The position numbers and the translations under genes are program-made. From Patescibacteria group bacterium (GTDB taxonomy: Bacteria > Patescibacteriota > JABMPQ01 > JAQVVF01), in contig JAQVVF010000001.1 in NCBI GenBank assembly GCA_028699085.1, forward strand, positions 103,883 to 167,882: a stretch of DNA of 64,000 nucleotides. The letters are read 5' to 3'. This document shows positions 45,951 through 57,357 of the stretch, in pieces. The number at the start of each line of letters is the position of its first letter. Position 1 is the first letter of the stretch. The notes beneath the pieces were generated by a model. It was not told the DNA's origin. It ran no database searches and saw only the letters and a program-made list of their open reading frames with translations.

Positions 45951-46916
45951 TTGAATATTATGAAGATTCTTGTTACTGGAGGAGCTGGCTTTATCGGATC
46001 TCACACAATCAGAAAGTTATTAGATAAAAAATACAATATAATCTGCGTTGATAATTTAAATAATTTTTATAATCCAAAAATAAAAATTAATAATTTAAAG
46101 CCCTTTTTAGATAATAAAAAGTTTAAATTTTATAAAGTTAATATTTGTAATAATAAAAAGTTAGCAAATGTTTTTGCAAATGAAAAAATAGACAAAATAA
46201 TACATCTGGCAGCTAGAGCCGGAGTTCGTCCGAGTTTAGAAAAACCAGAAATTTACGCTAAAACTAATATATTAGGCACACTGAATTTATTAGAGTTAAG
46301 TGTAAAACATAAAATAAAAAATTTTGTCTTTGCATCTAGCTCAAGTATTTATGGCAATAATAATAAAGTTCCATTTTCTGAAAATGATATTGTTGACGAT
46401 CAACTGTCTCCTTATGCTGCCACAAAAAAAGCTTCTGAATTGCTAGCAAAGACTTATCACAATCTTTACGGGCTAAAATGCACAGGCTTAAGATTTTTCA
46501 CAGTTTACGGACCTTCCAGCCGTCCAGACATGGCTCCATATCTTTTCGTTGATTCTATCTATCATGGCAGAGAAATAAAAAAATTTGGTGATGGTACGTC
46601 AAAAAGAGATTACACTTTTATTGATGATATTACAGATGGAATCATTTCAGCTTTAGATAAAAATTTAGATTTTGAAATAATCAATTTAGGCAATAACAAA
46701 CCAATCAAATTAAATTATTTTATTTCTGTAATTGAAAAACTATTAGACAAAAAAGCTAATATCAAAAAATTTCCGTCCCAAATGGGAGACATGAAGATAA
46801 CTTATGCTGATATTAGCAAGGCAAAAAAAATATTAAATTTTCAACCAAAAGTTTCGATAGAACAAGGAATGCAGAAAATGGTGGAATGGTATTTAGAAAA
46901 TAGAATAACAGCATGA
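45951..46916 (+). CDS. NAD-dependent epimerase/dehydratase (UDP-sugar epimerase family)
   Basis: KILVTGGAGFIGSH, SSSSIYG, YAATKKASE (YxxxK). Confidence 0.8.
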   Translation: MNIMKILVTGGAGFIGSHTIRKLLDKKYNIICVDNLNNFYNPKIKINNLKPFLDNKKFKFYKVNICNNKKLANVFANEKIDKIIHLAARAGVRPSLEKPEIYAKTNILGTLNLLELSVKHKIKNFVFASSSSIYGNNNKVPFSENDIVDDQLSPYAATKKASELLAKTYHNLYGLKCTGLRFFTVYGPSSRPDMAPYLFVDSIYHGREIKKFGDGTSKRDYTFIDDITDGIISALDKNLDFEIINLGNNKPIKLNYFISVIEKLLDKKANIKKFPSQMGDMKITYADISKAKKILNFQPKVSIEQGMQKMVEWYLENRITA

Positions 46917-48034
46917 AAATATTAATGATTGCGCCAACTCCTTTTTTTTCAGATAGAGGCTGTCACATTAGAATATATGAAGAAATAAGAACGTTGCAGG
47001 AATTAGGTCATAATATTACGCTTTGCACTTATCATTTAGGAAATAATATTGCAGGTATTAACATTAAAAGAATTATTAATATTCCTTGGTACAATAAAAT
47101 TGATGCTGGACCATCTTGGCACAAAATTTATTTAGATTTATTGCTTTTTCTCAAGGCGTTTAAGGTAAGTTATCAAGATAATTTTGATATCATACATGCA
47201 CATTTACACGAAGGCGTATTTATCGGTAAGGCAATTAAAATACTGCATTTTAACAAGATTCCATTAATTTTTGATAGCCAGGGGGGGTTGCTTTCTGAAT
47301 TAAAATCACACAATTTTGTTAAAGAAAAAGGAATAATAAAAAAGATGATATGCTTTTTAGAAAAAAAGTCCTACAAAATTGCTGATAAAGTAATTGCAAG
47401 CTCGAATTATTTAAAGAATGACAAGGTCCAGGTAATTACTGATAGTACGAATCAAGAATTCAAAGTAACAAGAAATGAATTAGAAAATCTTAAGCAAAGC
47501 CTAGGCTTGAGTAATAAAAAAATAGTTGTTTATTCTGGTGGTATCAAGAAATGTAAGGGAATAGATTCAATTTTCGAAGCAGCAATAAAAGTCATCCCAA
47601 AAATTGCTAATATTGTTTTTTTGATAATTGGCTATGGCGATTTAAAAAAGTACAAAGAATTAGCAAACAATTTAAAGATTAGCAGCCATTTCTTATTTAC
47701 TGACAGAATTAATTATTTCGATCTTCCTAAATATTTAAAAATTGCTGATCTTGCTATAGATCCAAAGCATGACAGTACTGAGGCTAGTGGAAAAATAATC
47801 AATTACATGAGAGCTGGACTGCCAATCATTGCTTATGATAATAATTTTAATAAAAAAGTTTTAGGGAAAAAGGGAATATATATCAATAATTCCAGTGAGT
47901 TGTCATCAAGAATACTTGATTTTTTTTCAGACAATAGCCCGAATCAGATTCATACGTCAACAAAAAATTCTTATACAGAGATCAGCAGTATTTATTACAA
48001 TATCAAAAATGATAAAAATCACTCAAAATCATAA
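46913..48034 (+). CDS. GT4-family glycosyltransferase
   Basis: N-terminal GT4 fold; C-terminal ASGKIINYMRAGLPIIAYD motif. Confidence 0.7.
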   Translation: MKILMIAPTPFFSDRGCHIRIYEEIRTLQELGHNITLCTYHLGNNIAGINIKRIINIPWYNKIDAGPSWHKIYLDLLLFLKAFKVSYQDNFDIIHAHLHEGVFIGKAIKILHFNKIPLIFDSQGGLLSELKSHNFVKEKGIIKKMICFLEKKSYKIADKVIASSNYLKNDKVQVITDSTNQEFKVTRNELENLKQSLGLSNKKIVVYSGGIKKCKGIDSIFEAAIKVIPKIANIVFLIIGYGDLKKYKELANNLKISSHFLFTDRINYFDLPKYLKIADLAIDPKHDSTEASGKIINYMRAGLPIIAYDNNFNKKVLGKKGIYINNSSELSSRILDFFSDNSPNQIHTSTKNSYTEISSIYYNIKNDKNHSKS

Positions 48035-48776
48035 AGACCTACTTTTGGAGTTAATAAAAACAGACTTCAAACTCCGTTATAGCGGATCAGTCTTAGGTTT
48101 TGTATGGGTTTTATTAAAACCATTTTTTTTATTTTTAATATTTTATATCGTTTTTTCATATATTTTTGCTCAAGGCGAATCTCATTATTCTTTACAACTA
48201 ATATTGGGCTTGATCTTATTTTCTTATTTTTCTGAAGGCACGACTCATGGTCTAACTTCACTTTTAAGCAAGGCTAACATTATTTTGAAAGTAAATTTTC
48301 CTCGCCAGATAGTCGTAGTAGCCTCAATCATAAACTCTTTTATCACATTAGTCGTGAGTTTTATAATTTTTTTCGTTTTCTGGATTTTTAATCCAACTCC
48401 GATAACCTGGCTTTGGTTATTATTTCCAATTTATTTGGTTATCTTGACGTTATTAATAGTAGGCTTTTCATTCTTTACAAGCATTTTGTTCGTCAGATTG
48501 CGAGATTTACAAAGTATTTGGGAGTTATCATTACAAGTTATTCTTTATGCAAGTGCAATATTCTATCCCATTTCTATTTTACCACCACAATTAAGAAACA
48601 TTTTTTTTCTGAATCCGATAGCAGTTATAATCCAGCAAAGCCGTCAAATTTTAATATATAATCAGATTCCTGATCTTAAAATACTATTAGTCATATTTTT
48701 TGCAAGTGTAATCATATTTATTTTTGGATATTTATTTTTTAAGAAGAATATTAAAAGATTAGCTGAGTATTTTTAA
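48009..48776 (+). CDS. ABC-2 type polysaccharide/O-antigen export permease (Wzm-like)
   Basis: MIKITQNHKDLLLELIKTDFKLRYSGSVLGFVWVLLKP start typical of Wzm/TagG; 6 TM. The track ORF 47895 start is an in-frame upstream extension. Confidence 0.7.
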   Translation: MIKITQNHKDLLLELIKTDFKLRYSGSVLGFVWVLLKPFFLFLIFYIVFSYIFAQGESHYSLQLILGLILFSYFSEGTTHGLTSLLSKANIILKVNFPRQIVVVASIINSFITLVVSFIIFFVFWIFNPTPITWLWLLFPIYLVILTLLIVGFSFFTSILFVRLRDLQSIWELSLQVILYASAIFYPISILPPQLRNIFFLNPIAVIIQQSRQILIYNQIPDLKILLVIFFASVIIFIFGYLFFKKNIKRLAEYF

Positions 48777-48785
48777 TATAATTAC

Positions 48786-49514
48786 ATGCCAAACATTGCG
48801 ATAAAAATAGAAAATATATCAAAAAGCTTTAGAATCCCACAAGAAAATAGGAATACATTGCGAGAACATTTTTGGAATTTATTTCATCCAACAAAGTATA
48901 AAAAATTTGAAGTTCTTAAATCCATATCTTTTAGAATAGAAAAAGGTCAATGGCTGGGAATCATAGGCAACAATGGTTCTGGAAAATCAACACTACTTAA
49001 AATAATTGCTGGAATTTACGAACCTGACGAAGGAAAAATCAAAATAAATGGACGACTTGTGCCTTTTTTGGAATTAGGAGTTGGATTTAATCCAGAACTT
49101 TCAGCAAGAGAAAATATATTCTTAAATGGAACAATATTAGGAGTTACAAGAAAAGAATTAGAAAAAAAATTTGATCAAATAGTAGACTTTGCTGAAATAA
49201 GACAATTTTTAGATCTACCCTTGAAAAATTTTTCATCAGGAATGCAGGTTCGTCTAGCATTTGCTATAGCCATACAAGCCGAGGCTGATATTTATTTATT
49301 AGACGAAGTTTTGGCAGTTGGAGACATGATCTTTCAAAAAAAATGTAAAAAAGTTTTTTATGAATTAAAACATCAGAAAAAAACAGTTATTTTCGTTAGT
49401 CACAACATTAATGAAATTAAGAATTTTTGCGACAAAATAGCATGGCTTGAAAGAGGAAAAATAAAAGAGTATGGTAGTGTTTTAGATATAGCTGCTAAAT
49501 ATTTAAATAAATAA
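48786..49514 (+). CDS. ABC transporter ATP-binding protein (Wzt/TagH-like)
   Basis: Walker A GIIGNNGSGKSTLLK, signature SSGMQVRLAFA, Walker B IYLLDE. Confidence 0.85.
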   Translation: MPNIAIKIENISKSFRIPQENRNTLREHFWNLFHPTKYKKFEVLKSISFRIEKGQWLGIIGNNGSGKSTLLKIIAGIYEPDEGKIKINGRLVPFLELGVGFNPELSARENIFLNGTILGVTRKELEKKFDQIVDFAEIRQFLDLPLKNFSSGMQVRLAFAIAIQAEADIYLLDEVLAVGDMIFQKKCKKVFYELKHQKKTVIFVSHNINEIKNFCDKIAWLERGKIKEYGSVLDIAAKYLNK

Positions 49515-49528
49515 TAAGTATAATTATT

Positions 49529-50371
49529 ATGTTTAGTTGGAAATATTATGATCCATCATTTGAATACGAAAAAAAATTTCAAGATGTTTTTTGGCCATGG
49601 GCTGGACATAAGCGTTTTGCTTATGATCTAATTCGTAATTCTAAGCCTCAAAAAATTGTTGAATTAGGAACGCATAAAGGAACGTCATTTTTTTCTTTTT
49701 GCCAAGCGATAAAAGATTTAGGAACAAATACAGAGTTAAATGCCGTAGATACATGGACAGGTGATCAGCACTCTGGATTTTATGATGACTCAGTATATTA
49801 TGCTGTTAAAGATATTCAAAAATCATATTTTTCAAAAATAAATATTAAGTTGCATCGAAAAAAATTCGATGACACATTAACGAGTTTTAAGGATGATTCG
49901 ATTGATTTATTGCACATCGATGGGTTGCATACATATAGTGCCGTAAAACACGATTTTGATTCCTGGTACAAAAAAGTTAACAAGAAAGGTATTATTCTCT
50001 TTCATGATACTAATGTCAAAACTGGCGACTTTGGTGTATATAGATTATGGCAGGAATTAAAAGATAACGTAAAAATAGAATTTTATCATTCTAACGGCCT
50101 AGGTATACTATTTAAAGACCAAGAACAAGCTGAGAATATGAGGAGTTTTCAAAAACACTGGCAGCAATATTATGCATCGCTCTACGAAAATAATATATTA
50201 AAGAATAGACTAATAGAAAAAAATAAAGAAAACAATAAAATCAGTTTTCAATTGAATCAAAAAAATAAGGAATTAGAACGCATCCATAACTCGCTATTAT
50301 GGAAAATAATTTGGGCAACAAAAAACCCCAAAAGATTAATTCAAAAAAAAATATTTTCTTCAAGGAATTAA
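49529..50371 (+). CDS. class I SAM-dependent methyltransferase (Methyltransf_24/sugar O-methyltransferase-like)
   Basis: IVELGTHKGTSFFSF ... LLHIDGLHTYSAVKHDF. Confidence 0.55.
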   Translation: MFSWKYYDPSFEYEKKFQDVFWPWAGHKRFAYDLIRNSKPQKIVELGTHKGTSFFSFCQAIKDLGTNTELNAVDTWTGDQHSGFYDDSVYYAVKDIQKSYFSKINIKLHRKKFDDTLTSFKDDSIDLLHIDGLHTYSAVKHDFDSWYKKVNKKGIILFHDTNVKTGDFGVYRLWQELKDNVKIEFYHSNGLGILFKDQEQAENMRSFQKHWQQYYASLYENNILKNRLIEKNKENNKISFQLNQKNKELERIHNSLLWKIIWATKNPKRLIQKKIFSSRN

Positions 50372-50397
50372 AAAAAAGTATTTAGATGTGATATTTT

Positions 50398-51693
50398 ATG
50401 AGGATAACAAACTTTACAAAAAAGACATTAGCCAGCTTAATACCAAAGAAGTATAAGCCTTTGGCAATGAAATATAAATATGAAATTGATTTTTGGCTTT
50501 CAAAAGACAAGAATAAAAATAAGGCATCTGTTAAATATCTACTGAATAAAAGGTTTTTTTGCTTACAATCACTAAATGCTATCAAAATAAGTAATAATAA
50601 TTTTCGACTGAATATAGTGACAGATAGCATAAAGAAAAGAAGTCTATTCGGAGGAGTGGCAACAGCATTAATTCTTGCAACATTATTTTCAAATAAATAT
50701 AAAATCCCGCTAAGAATTATCACAAGGACAACAGAAAATAATCCAAGAGACTACAAAAATTTACTTAATTTTTTTAAAATTGAACAACCACAAAAAACTG
50801 AGTTTTTTTCAGATTACGATCGCAATTTATGCGATAATAATTATAGGATTGAAATATCAGAAAAAGATATCTTTTTAGCAACATCATGGTGGACTGCTGA
50901 AGTTATCAGAAAAGTTAATTTAAGAAAAAATTTTTTCTACATACTTCAAGAAGTTGAAGGCTATTTTTATCCAAATGGTGATGAACAATATATGTGTAAT
51001 AGCGTTTTGAATAAACAGAACATTAACTACATAATTAATTCTAAAATTCTATCAGATTATTATTCGAAAAATGGATACGAAAATGTCTCATCTAAAAGTA
51101 TTAATTTTGAACCAGCATTTCCAAAGCACGTTTATTCTCCTGGACAAGATTCATTTACGAAAAAAACAAAATATAAGTTGTTCTTTTACTCGAGGCCAGC
51201 AAATCCAAGGAATCTTTTTTGGACTGGTTTAAAAATATTAGACGAAGCTATATTATCGGGAACTATAGATACTAAAGAATGGGATATCTATTTTGTTGGA
51301 TCAAAAGTTCCGCCTGTAATATTTTCAAACGGAGTTATTCCTAAAAGATTAGGGCAATTAAATTGGAACGAATATTCAAAATTCCTGAAAACAGTTGATC
51401 TCGGTTTCTGTCTGATGCAAACACCGCATCCAAGCTATCCGCCGTTAGATATTGTTTCATCTGGTGGCGTTGTTTTAACAAATAAATACCTAAATAAGCA
51501 GTCATTAAATTATTCAGATAACATAATATGTGAGAATCTAGATGAAAAATCGATGCTTGAAGGCTTTAAGCAAGCAATAAAATTAGCCAAGGACTCAAAG
51601 AAAAGGCAACAAAATTATTTAAATAGTAGCTTAGAAACAAGCTGGGAAATAAGTTTTGAGAAAGTTCTAGAATTTATGTATGAAAGAAAATAA
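50398..51693 (+). CDS. hypothetical protein, putative polysaccharide glycosyltransferase
   Basis: Polysaccharide-locus context only. Confidence 0.35.
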   Translation: MRITNFTKKTLASLIPKKYKPLAMKYKYEIDFWLSKDKNKNKASVKYLLNKRFFCLQSLNAIKISNNNFRLNIVTDSIKKRSLFGGVATALILATLFSNKYKIPLRIITRTTENNPRDYKNLLNFFKIEQPQKTEFFSDYDRNLCDNNYRIEISEKDIFLATSWWTAEVIRKVNLRKNFFYILQEVEGYFYPNGDEQYMCNSVLNKQNINYIINSKILSDYYSKNGYENVSSKSINFEPAFPKHVYSPGQDSFTKKTKYKLFFYSRPANPRNLFWTGLKILDEAILSGTIDTKEWDIYFVGSKVPPVIFSNGVIPKRLGQLNWNEYSKFLKTVDLGFCLMQTPHPSYPPLDIVSSGGVVLTNKYLNKQSLNYSDNIICENLDEKSMLEGFKQAIKLAKDSKKRQQNYLNSSLETSWEISFEKVLEFMYERK

Positions 51694-51701
51694 TTCTTAA
51701 T

Positions 51702-52886
51702 ATGCTTTTTATAAATAAAAAAAAGAAGATCGAACAGAATAATAACATTGAGCCTTGGAATATAGATTTTTTGACACGGCTAAGAATTATTACGACTAAA
51801 TCTTCTCGAAAAAAAGTTATTTATATTTTTGAAGCAGCAAATACCAGCACATTCAGGTATAGGATCTACAATATGTGGCAAGCTTTAAATTACAGCAAAT
51901 CCTGGATTGGATCATTTTTTTTTGAAAATGAGCTCTCAACTGTAAGTAATTTTATAGATCAATCCTGCGTAATAATATTCGGACGTACAAGATGGTCATT
52001 AATAATGGCTAATTTTTTAAAAAAGGCAAAAGCTAAGAAAATTTATACAGTTTTTGATTCAGATGATTTAGTTTTTAATATTGATATGATTCCTCAGTTG
52101 ATGAACACTCTCAACGTTAGTTTTGAAAACTATGATAATTACGATTATTGGTTTGCCTATATATCAAGACTCTGGCAATTCGGAAAAATGTGTGATGCAA
52201 CAATCGGTACAAATGAATTTTTGTGCAACAAGTTAAGGGAAACATTTGATAAACCAAGCTTTGTTATTAATAATTTTTTAAATAATGAACAAATTGAAGT
52301 TTCCAACAAGCTATATAATGACAAAAAAACAAAATGTAGCAATGAAGAAATAAAACTTGGATATTTCAGCGGAACGCCATCTCATACTAACGATTTCAGA
52401 AAAATTGAAGTTGAAATAATCGATTTACTACGTAATTATCCTAGAATAACTCTAGAGATAGTTGGCTTTATGGAATTTTCAAATCTGTCATTGGATTTGA
52501 TAAAGAAAAAAAGAATATTCTATACACAACTTGTTGATTTTCTGGCGCTTCAAAAAAAGATGGCCGAAGTAGATATTAATATTGTTCCATTAATTGAAAA
52601 TGATTTTACAAATTGCAAATCAGAATTAAAATTTTTTGAAGCCAGTATTGTTGGAACGATTACATGCGCTACACCGATATATTCCTATAGAAATAGCATT
52701 CAGAATAATAAAACTGGTTTTTTGTGTAAAGAAGGCGAATGGTATTCAACTATTGAGCAAATATACAAAAAAAGAATAGACAATAAAATAATATCACGCG
52801 CCAGATCATATTGCCTAAACAGATATTCACCAAAGAATCAAGTTTATAATATTGAAAGGGTACTTGATGCTATAGCTTCGGAATAA
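51702..52886 (+). CDS. hypothetical protein, putative glycosyltransferase (paralogue of 52905..54128)
   Basis: Shares GYFSGTPSHTNDF / CKSELKFFEA motifs with the downstream gene. Confidence 0.35.
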   Translation: MLFINKKKKIEQNNNIEPWNIDFLTRLRIITTKSSRKKVIYIFEAANTSTFRYRIYNMWQALNYSKSWIGSFFFENELSTVSNFIDQSCVIIFGRTRWSLIMANFLKKAKAKKIYTVFDSDDLVFNIDMIPQLMNTLNVSFENYDNYDYWFAYISRLWQFGKMCDATIGTNEFLCNKLRETFDKPSFVINNFLNNEQIEVSNKLYNDKKTKCSNEEIKLGYFSGTPSHTNDFRKIEVEIIDLLRNYPRITLEIVGFMEFSNLSLDLIKKKRIFYTQLVDFLALQKKMAEVDINIVPLIENDFTNCKSELKFFEASIVGTITCATPIYSYRNSIQNNKTGFLCKEGEWYSTIEQIYKKRIDNKIISRARSYCLNRYSPKNQVYNIERVLDAIASE

Positions 52887-52904
52887 TATATATAATCTAT
52901 CAAA

Positions 52905-54128
52905 GTGTTAATTAGTAATATAAAAGTATTAACTAGAAGTTTTAGACAAATGACTTTGTCTAGCTTCGCAGACAAAATTAAAAGCTATTCTAAACAGCAA
53001 ATTTTTGGTTATTTAGAAAATATTAAATATTACTATTATTATTTTAATAAAATAAAAAATATTGAGAAAAATAAGAAGTTAAATCAAGAAAAAAAAGTAC
53101 TTATGCTGACCGGCACATTTTATTCAACGCAAATATATCGTTGTTTGCATCAGCGAGAACAACTAGAAATTAAGAACATCGTTTGTGACTATAAATATAT
53201 TTCTTTGATTACATTAAAAGATATACTAAGTTACGATGTTTTTATTTTTCACAGAGTTAGATGTAATAAATTTGTAAATTTTATGATCGACCGAATTCAC
53301 AGTTGCAATAAGAAAATAATTTTTGATATTGATGATTTAATTTTTGATCCAAGCTCTATATCGAATATACCAACAGTAATTACCAAAAAAGATAAATTAA
53401 AAAGATCACAGCAATATTTAGATACACTAAAAAAAAGTGATTTCGCATTAACAACTACGAACTATTTAGCAGACATTCTCAGAAAGTATAAGCCAAGCTT
53501 TATAAATAGGAATGCTCTAAGTAATCAGCAGATAAGCAGCATAATAAGCAAAAAAGTCCTCAAAAATAGCGCAAAGATAAATATTGGCTATATAAGTGGC
53601 AGTAATTCTCATGATCAAGATTTTAAAATTATTGAAAAGCCTTTAATATCAATGCTAAAAAAGTATCCTAACGTAAATCTATATATTTTCGGTTTTTTAC
53701 GCCTAGGCAAAGCCTTCGATATCTTTAAATCTCAAATTATTAGAATCCCTTTTGTTCCTTGGGAAAAAATGCTTGATGAAGTTGCAAAGTTTGATATTAA
53801 TGTTGCACCTCTTCGAGTTTCTGATTGCTTCTGTGAATCAAAAAGTGAAATCAAATTTATAGAGGCTGGCTTGCTGAGCATTCCAACTATTGCATCGCCA
53901 ACTGAAGCATTCAAATATGCAATATTAAACAATGTGAACGGATATTTAGCAGAAGATGAAAAACAATGGACGGATTGTATGGAAATGTTAATAACGGATA
54001 GAGTACTTAGAAAAAAAATTGGCAAAAATGCCAATAAAGCCGTTATGAAAAATTATTGTCCGCAATATAGATCTGAAAATCTATTTAATATCATCAATGA
54101 AGTTTTGGAAAAAAATCAGAAGGCATAA
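52905..54128 (+). CDS. hypothetical protein, putative glycosyltransferase (paralogue of 51702..52886)
   Basis: GYISGSNSHDQDF / CESKSEIKFIEA. Confidence 0.35.
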   Translation: MLISNIKVLTRSFRQMTLSSFADKIKSYSKQQIFGYLENIKYYYYYFNKIKNIEKNKKLNQEKKVLMLTGTFYSTQIYRCLHQREQLEIKNIVCDYKYISLITLKDILSYDVFIFHRVRCNKFVNFMIDRIHSCNKKIIFDIDDLIFDPSSISNIPTVITKKDKLKRSQQYLDTLKKSDFALTTTNYLADILRKYKPSFINRNALSNQQISSIISKKVLKNSAKINIGYISGSNSHDQDFKIIEKPLISMLKKYPNVNLYIFGFLRLGKAFDIFKSQIIRIPFVPWEKMLDEVAKFDINVAPLRVSDCFCESKSEIKFIEAGLLSIPTIASPTEAFKYAILNNVNGYLAEDEKQWTDCMEMLITDRVLRKKIGKNANKAVMKNYCPQYRSENLFNIINEVLEKNQKA

Positions 54129-55861
54129 GATGCAATGACAAATGACGCTAGAAAAAAAAGATTTATAAACAAACCGCAATACAAAAATAATTGCAATTTC
54201 TTTATTCCCATAATTTTAAATATTGAATAAGAACCGAGAAAAAGAATAGGGATAAAAACAGGAAATATGTGTCTAGGCCAAGAAATAACTTTTCCGAAGA
54301 AAAGCATAAAGATTATAGAGGAAGAGCAGATTAAAAAAATAAAAAAGGTTTTGTCCCAAAACAAATTTTTTATTCCAAGAAAGGTAAATATAACAAAAAT
54401 ATTGCAAATCATTAAAATATTAATTAGCGTATTCGTGTAGGAAAAGCCAGCTAAGAAATCAGGGGTATGACCAAAGGCAATAGCGAGCGAATATGTATTA
54501 AAGGTACCAAGAAAAAAATTTATTAATAAAAATAATAGCAATTCAATCAAAAATATTATAAAAAATTGAATCGCTTTTTTATTTAAAAATTGATCTCTAA
54601 GTTTGCCTTTTAATAAACAAAAAACCGAAATAATTATAGGTAAAAAAAGCAAGGGACATAAAGCTAGTCTACTGAAAAAACCAAAAATGCTTCCGAGAAT
54701 CAAAACTAAAATATTAATAAGAGAACTCTTTGAATTAAATACTTTGAGAGTAAAATAAAGAATAAAAACAACAAAAAATATTCCTGCGCCATCAGTTATT
54801 GGCCTTAAAAAAGTTCTTGCGAAGGGAAGACTAAATATTATTGTCAATAAATATAGCAATAATATTTTTTTATTATTCGTGATATAATTCCTAAACAATA
54901 AGTAGGATATATAAATTGCGCCTAAGGAAAATAACAAACTAGTAAGCCAATAAGAATGTACTAATGATATTTTGAAAAGGTAACAAAACAATGCAATAGA
55001 TAATGGAACAAACCAAGCATGGCCATTTCTAAAATTTTGCATGAATTCAATTAGCGCGCTTGTGTTACTGCTATGATTTTCAAAAAAAGAGAGAAAATAA
55101 TAAGCAAAATTTACATATTGATCGGGCCAATATTCTAACCAAAAATTTGCAACATCTTTTACCCAAAAAGCATGCGAAAGACAACAGGAAAAAAGGATAC
55201 TTGGGATTAATATTACCCACAGATAATATTTATTAATAAAACAACTGAAAAATACAATAGAAATTATTGAAAATATAAAAATATATAGATAAATATTATC
55301 AGAATCAAAAACAACGACTCTGATCAAGCCAAAACTTTTTTCTCCAATAGAATCTGTTGCGTGTTTATTTGTGAGATTATTTTTTAAGGATAAAAAACGT
55401 ATTCCGCTTTTCGTTAAAGTATCGGGCATGGAAAATTGCAAAGTGTATGTTTCTTTGGCATTAATATAAATATTGTTAAAATCAATTTCTAAAACATTTG
55501 AAGAAAATTTTAATTCAGATATTTTTTTACTTTCAGTAAAAATTGAATTATTATTTTTATCTTTAACATCAATTTTTACAGATTGATTATTGTCTATGCT
55601 GTTAAGATCTGAAGTCAAAACAGACATGCTACTAAGTTTTTTATTATAATTAGATTCAACAGTTTGTGAAATTATTTTTTTTCCACCTAACGGAAAAGTG
55701 TAATCTGCAATTCCAATATCATTAACGAATACATTGCTTGAATTAAGAAAGAAATATATCACAAAACAAAAAAAAGCTATCAAATTTATGAGAACAACGT
55801 AAACAAAAGAATAAATGCCGGATTGCTTGTTATCTTGCATTAATAATATAATTCTTACCAA
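54116..55861 (-). CDS. large polytopic membrane protein with extracytoplasmic domain (putative glycan polymerase/GT-C-like)
   Basis: More than 10 TM helices; polysaccharide-locus context. Confidence 0.4.
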   Translation of the reverse strand: MVRIILLMQDNKQSGIYSFVYVVLINLIAFFCFVIYFFLNSSNVFVNDIGIADYTFPLGGKKIISQTVESNYNKKLSSMSVLTSDLNSIDNNQSVKIDVKDKNNNSIFTESKKISELKFSSNVLEIDFNNIYINAKETYTLQFSMPDTLTKSGIRFLSLKNNLTNKHATDSIGEKSFGLIRVVVFDSDNIYLYIFIFSIISIVFFSCFINKYYLWVILIPSILFSCCLSHAFWVKDVANFWLEYWPDQYVNFAYYFLSFFENHSSNTSALIEFMQNFRNGHAWFVPLSIALFCYLFKISLVHSYWLTSLLFSLGAIYISYLLFRNYITNNKKILLLYLLTIIFSLPFARTFLRPITDGAGIFFVVFILYFTLKVFNSKSSLINILVLILGSIFGFFSRLALCPLLFLPIIISVFCLLKGKLRDQFLNKKAIQFFIIFLIELLLFLLINFFLGTFNTYSLAIAFGHTPDFLAGFSYTNTLINILMICNIFVIFTFLGIKNLFWDKTFFIFLICSSSIIFMLFFGKVISWPRHIFPVFIPILFLGSYSIFKIMGIKKLQLFLYCGLFINLFFLASFVIASYAF

Positions 55862-55913
55862 GATATGAAATAATCAGAAAAGCTATATCATAAAGGTAAT
55901 GACTATTTTAATC

Positions 55914-57296
55914 CTATAAACAAAAAAGATAAAATGAAAAAATAAACAGTATGAACAAAGATAAGATGTAATAAAAAATATTAATAAATCTTTTTAAGAC
56001 AAATGAATTAAAAACAAATCCAAACATAATAATAAAAGCTAGAATACTAGGGGATAGATATCTGCCACCAAGAACTGGCCAATCTTCGATTAGAACAATG
56101 CTATATAGTTGAATAATATTTAAAAAAATTACTAAAATCGCCAAGCACCAAACCTGCAGAAAAGAACTTTTTTTAAATTCACGATAAGATAATATCAAAT
56201 AAAAAATAGAAAAAAGGATAATCAGGGGAGTGATAAAACCCAAGAAAGTAATGATCTGACTATAATAAACAAACTTAACCACATTTTGGGGCACATCATC
56301 GGGTGACCAAAAAGTATCAAAAAGAATAAAGGTTTTACTTGCCAAATAACTCATACCATAATTTTCATGACCTGGATTAACAATATAGGCCTGTATTTCC
56401 TTAGCATTCTTATTGGAAGTTAAACTGCCATAATTTTTATAGTTAAAGGCAAACCAAGGCAACAATAATATCGTAGTTAGCAAACCTACTACTAATAAGT
56501 TTTTAAAGATTCTCTTACGTTTATAAATTAAATATGCAATAACGATTAGAATAAGAAAAAAAGATGAAAAACGGGTTAGTAGCAATAGTCCCAAGAGCGT
56601 TCCTAGAATAATTAAATGTTTATTCTTTAGATCGACATATAAAAAACGTATTAAAAAAAATATAAGCAAAGTAGAAAACAAAAGTTCTAATACAGCATTA
56701 GAAACACAAACCATTCTGACCGCTAATCCTGGAATTAATGCAAAAATAAACGAAAGAAAAGGCAGTATGGTATCTTTATTTGCAAAAATATTTTTCTCAA
56801 TATAAAACAATGCCTTATACCAAATAAAAATCGTAATAGAAAAAATAATCGTATTTAATAATCTCAACGCATAAACACTTAATTCAGCATTGTTATTTGT
56901 CAAACTATAAACTATAGATCCAGCTAGATAATATAATGGAGGTTGAAAAGATTCATAAATTTGGCCACCGAAACCAATTTTCGAAGCCTCTAGAGACGAT
57001 GGATTAGGATATGTATGTTCTAGCAATGCTAGATTGTTTTTCGAAACGTAATCACTTAATAGCGGCAAAGTCTTTTCTACTGCTAAGTGCTCAACATATG
57101 CGAAATGACCACCTTCATCAATCGGCGAAAAATAAGGAAGTAAAAGAGCAAAAAAAATAGTATTAATTATTACTAAAGGAAATAATATGTATATGCAATA
57201 TTTTTTAAAAAAAATCCTAAACCTAAATAGCAAAGAAAGAGTCAGAATGATAAATAACAATAAGGTAGGCAATAGAAAAAAAATTTTTATTAGCAT
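55914..57296 (-). CDS. large polytopic membrane protein (putative GT-C-like glycosyltransferase)
   Basis: More than 10 TM helices. Confidence 0.4.
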   Translation of the reverse strand: MLIKIFFLLPTLLLFIILTLSLLFRFRIFFKKYCIYILFPLVIINTIFFALLLPYFSPIDEGGHFAYVEHLAVEKTLPLLSDYVSKNNLALLEHTYPNPSSLEASKIGFGGQIYESFQPPLYYLAGSIVYSLTNNNAELSVYALRLLNTIIFSITIFIWYKALFYIEKNIFANKDTILPFLSFIFALIPGLAVRMVCVSNAVLELLFSTLLIFFLIRFLYVDLKNKHLIILGTLLGLLLLTRFSSFFLILIVIAYLIYKRKRIFKNLLVVGLLTTILLLPWFAFNYKNYGSLTSNKNAKEIQAYIVNPGHENYGMSYLASKTFILFDTFWSPDDVPQNVVKFVYYSQIITFLGFITPLIILFSIFYLILSYREFKKSSFLQVWCLAILVIFLNIIQLYSIVLIEDWPVLGGRYLSPSILAFIIMFGFVFNSFVLKRFINIFYYILSLFILFIFSFYLFCL

Positions 57297-57357
57297 ATTT
57301 ATTAAAAAAATATTGAACTATTATTGTCAAGGTCATCAGAGCGTATTTTTTTTGTTA

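Noticed and set aside
47895-48008. N-terminal 38-aa extension of the Wzm permease ORF
   Set aside because: The extension overlaps the upstream GT4 gene. The canonical Wzm N-terminus (MIKITQNHKDLL...) begins at ATG 48009, overlapping the upstream stop in typical coupled fashion.
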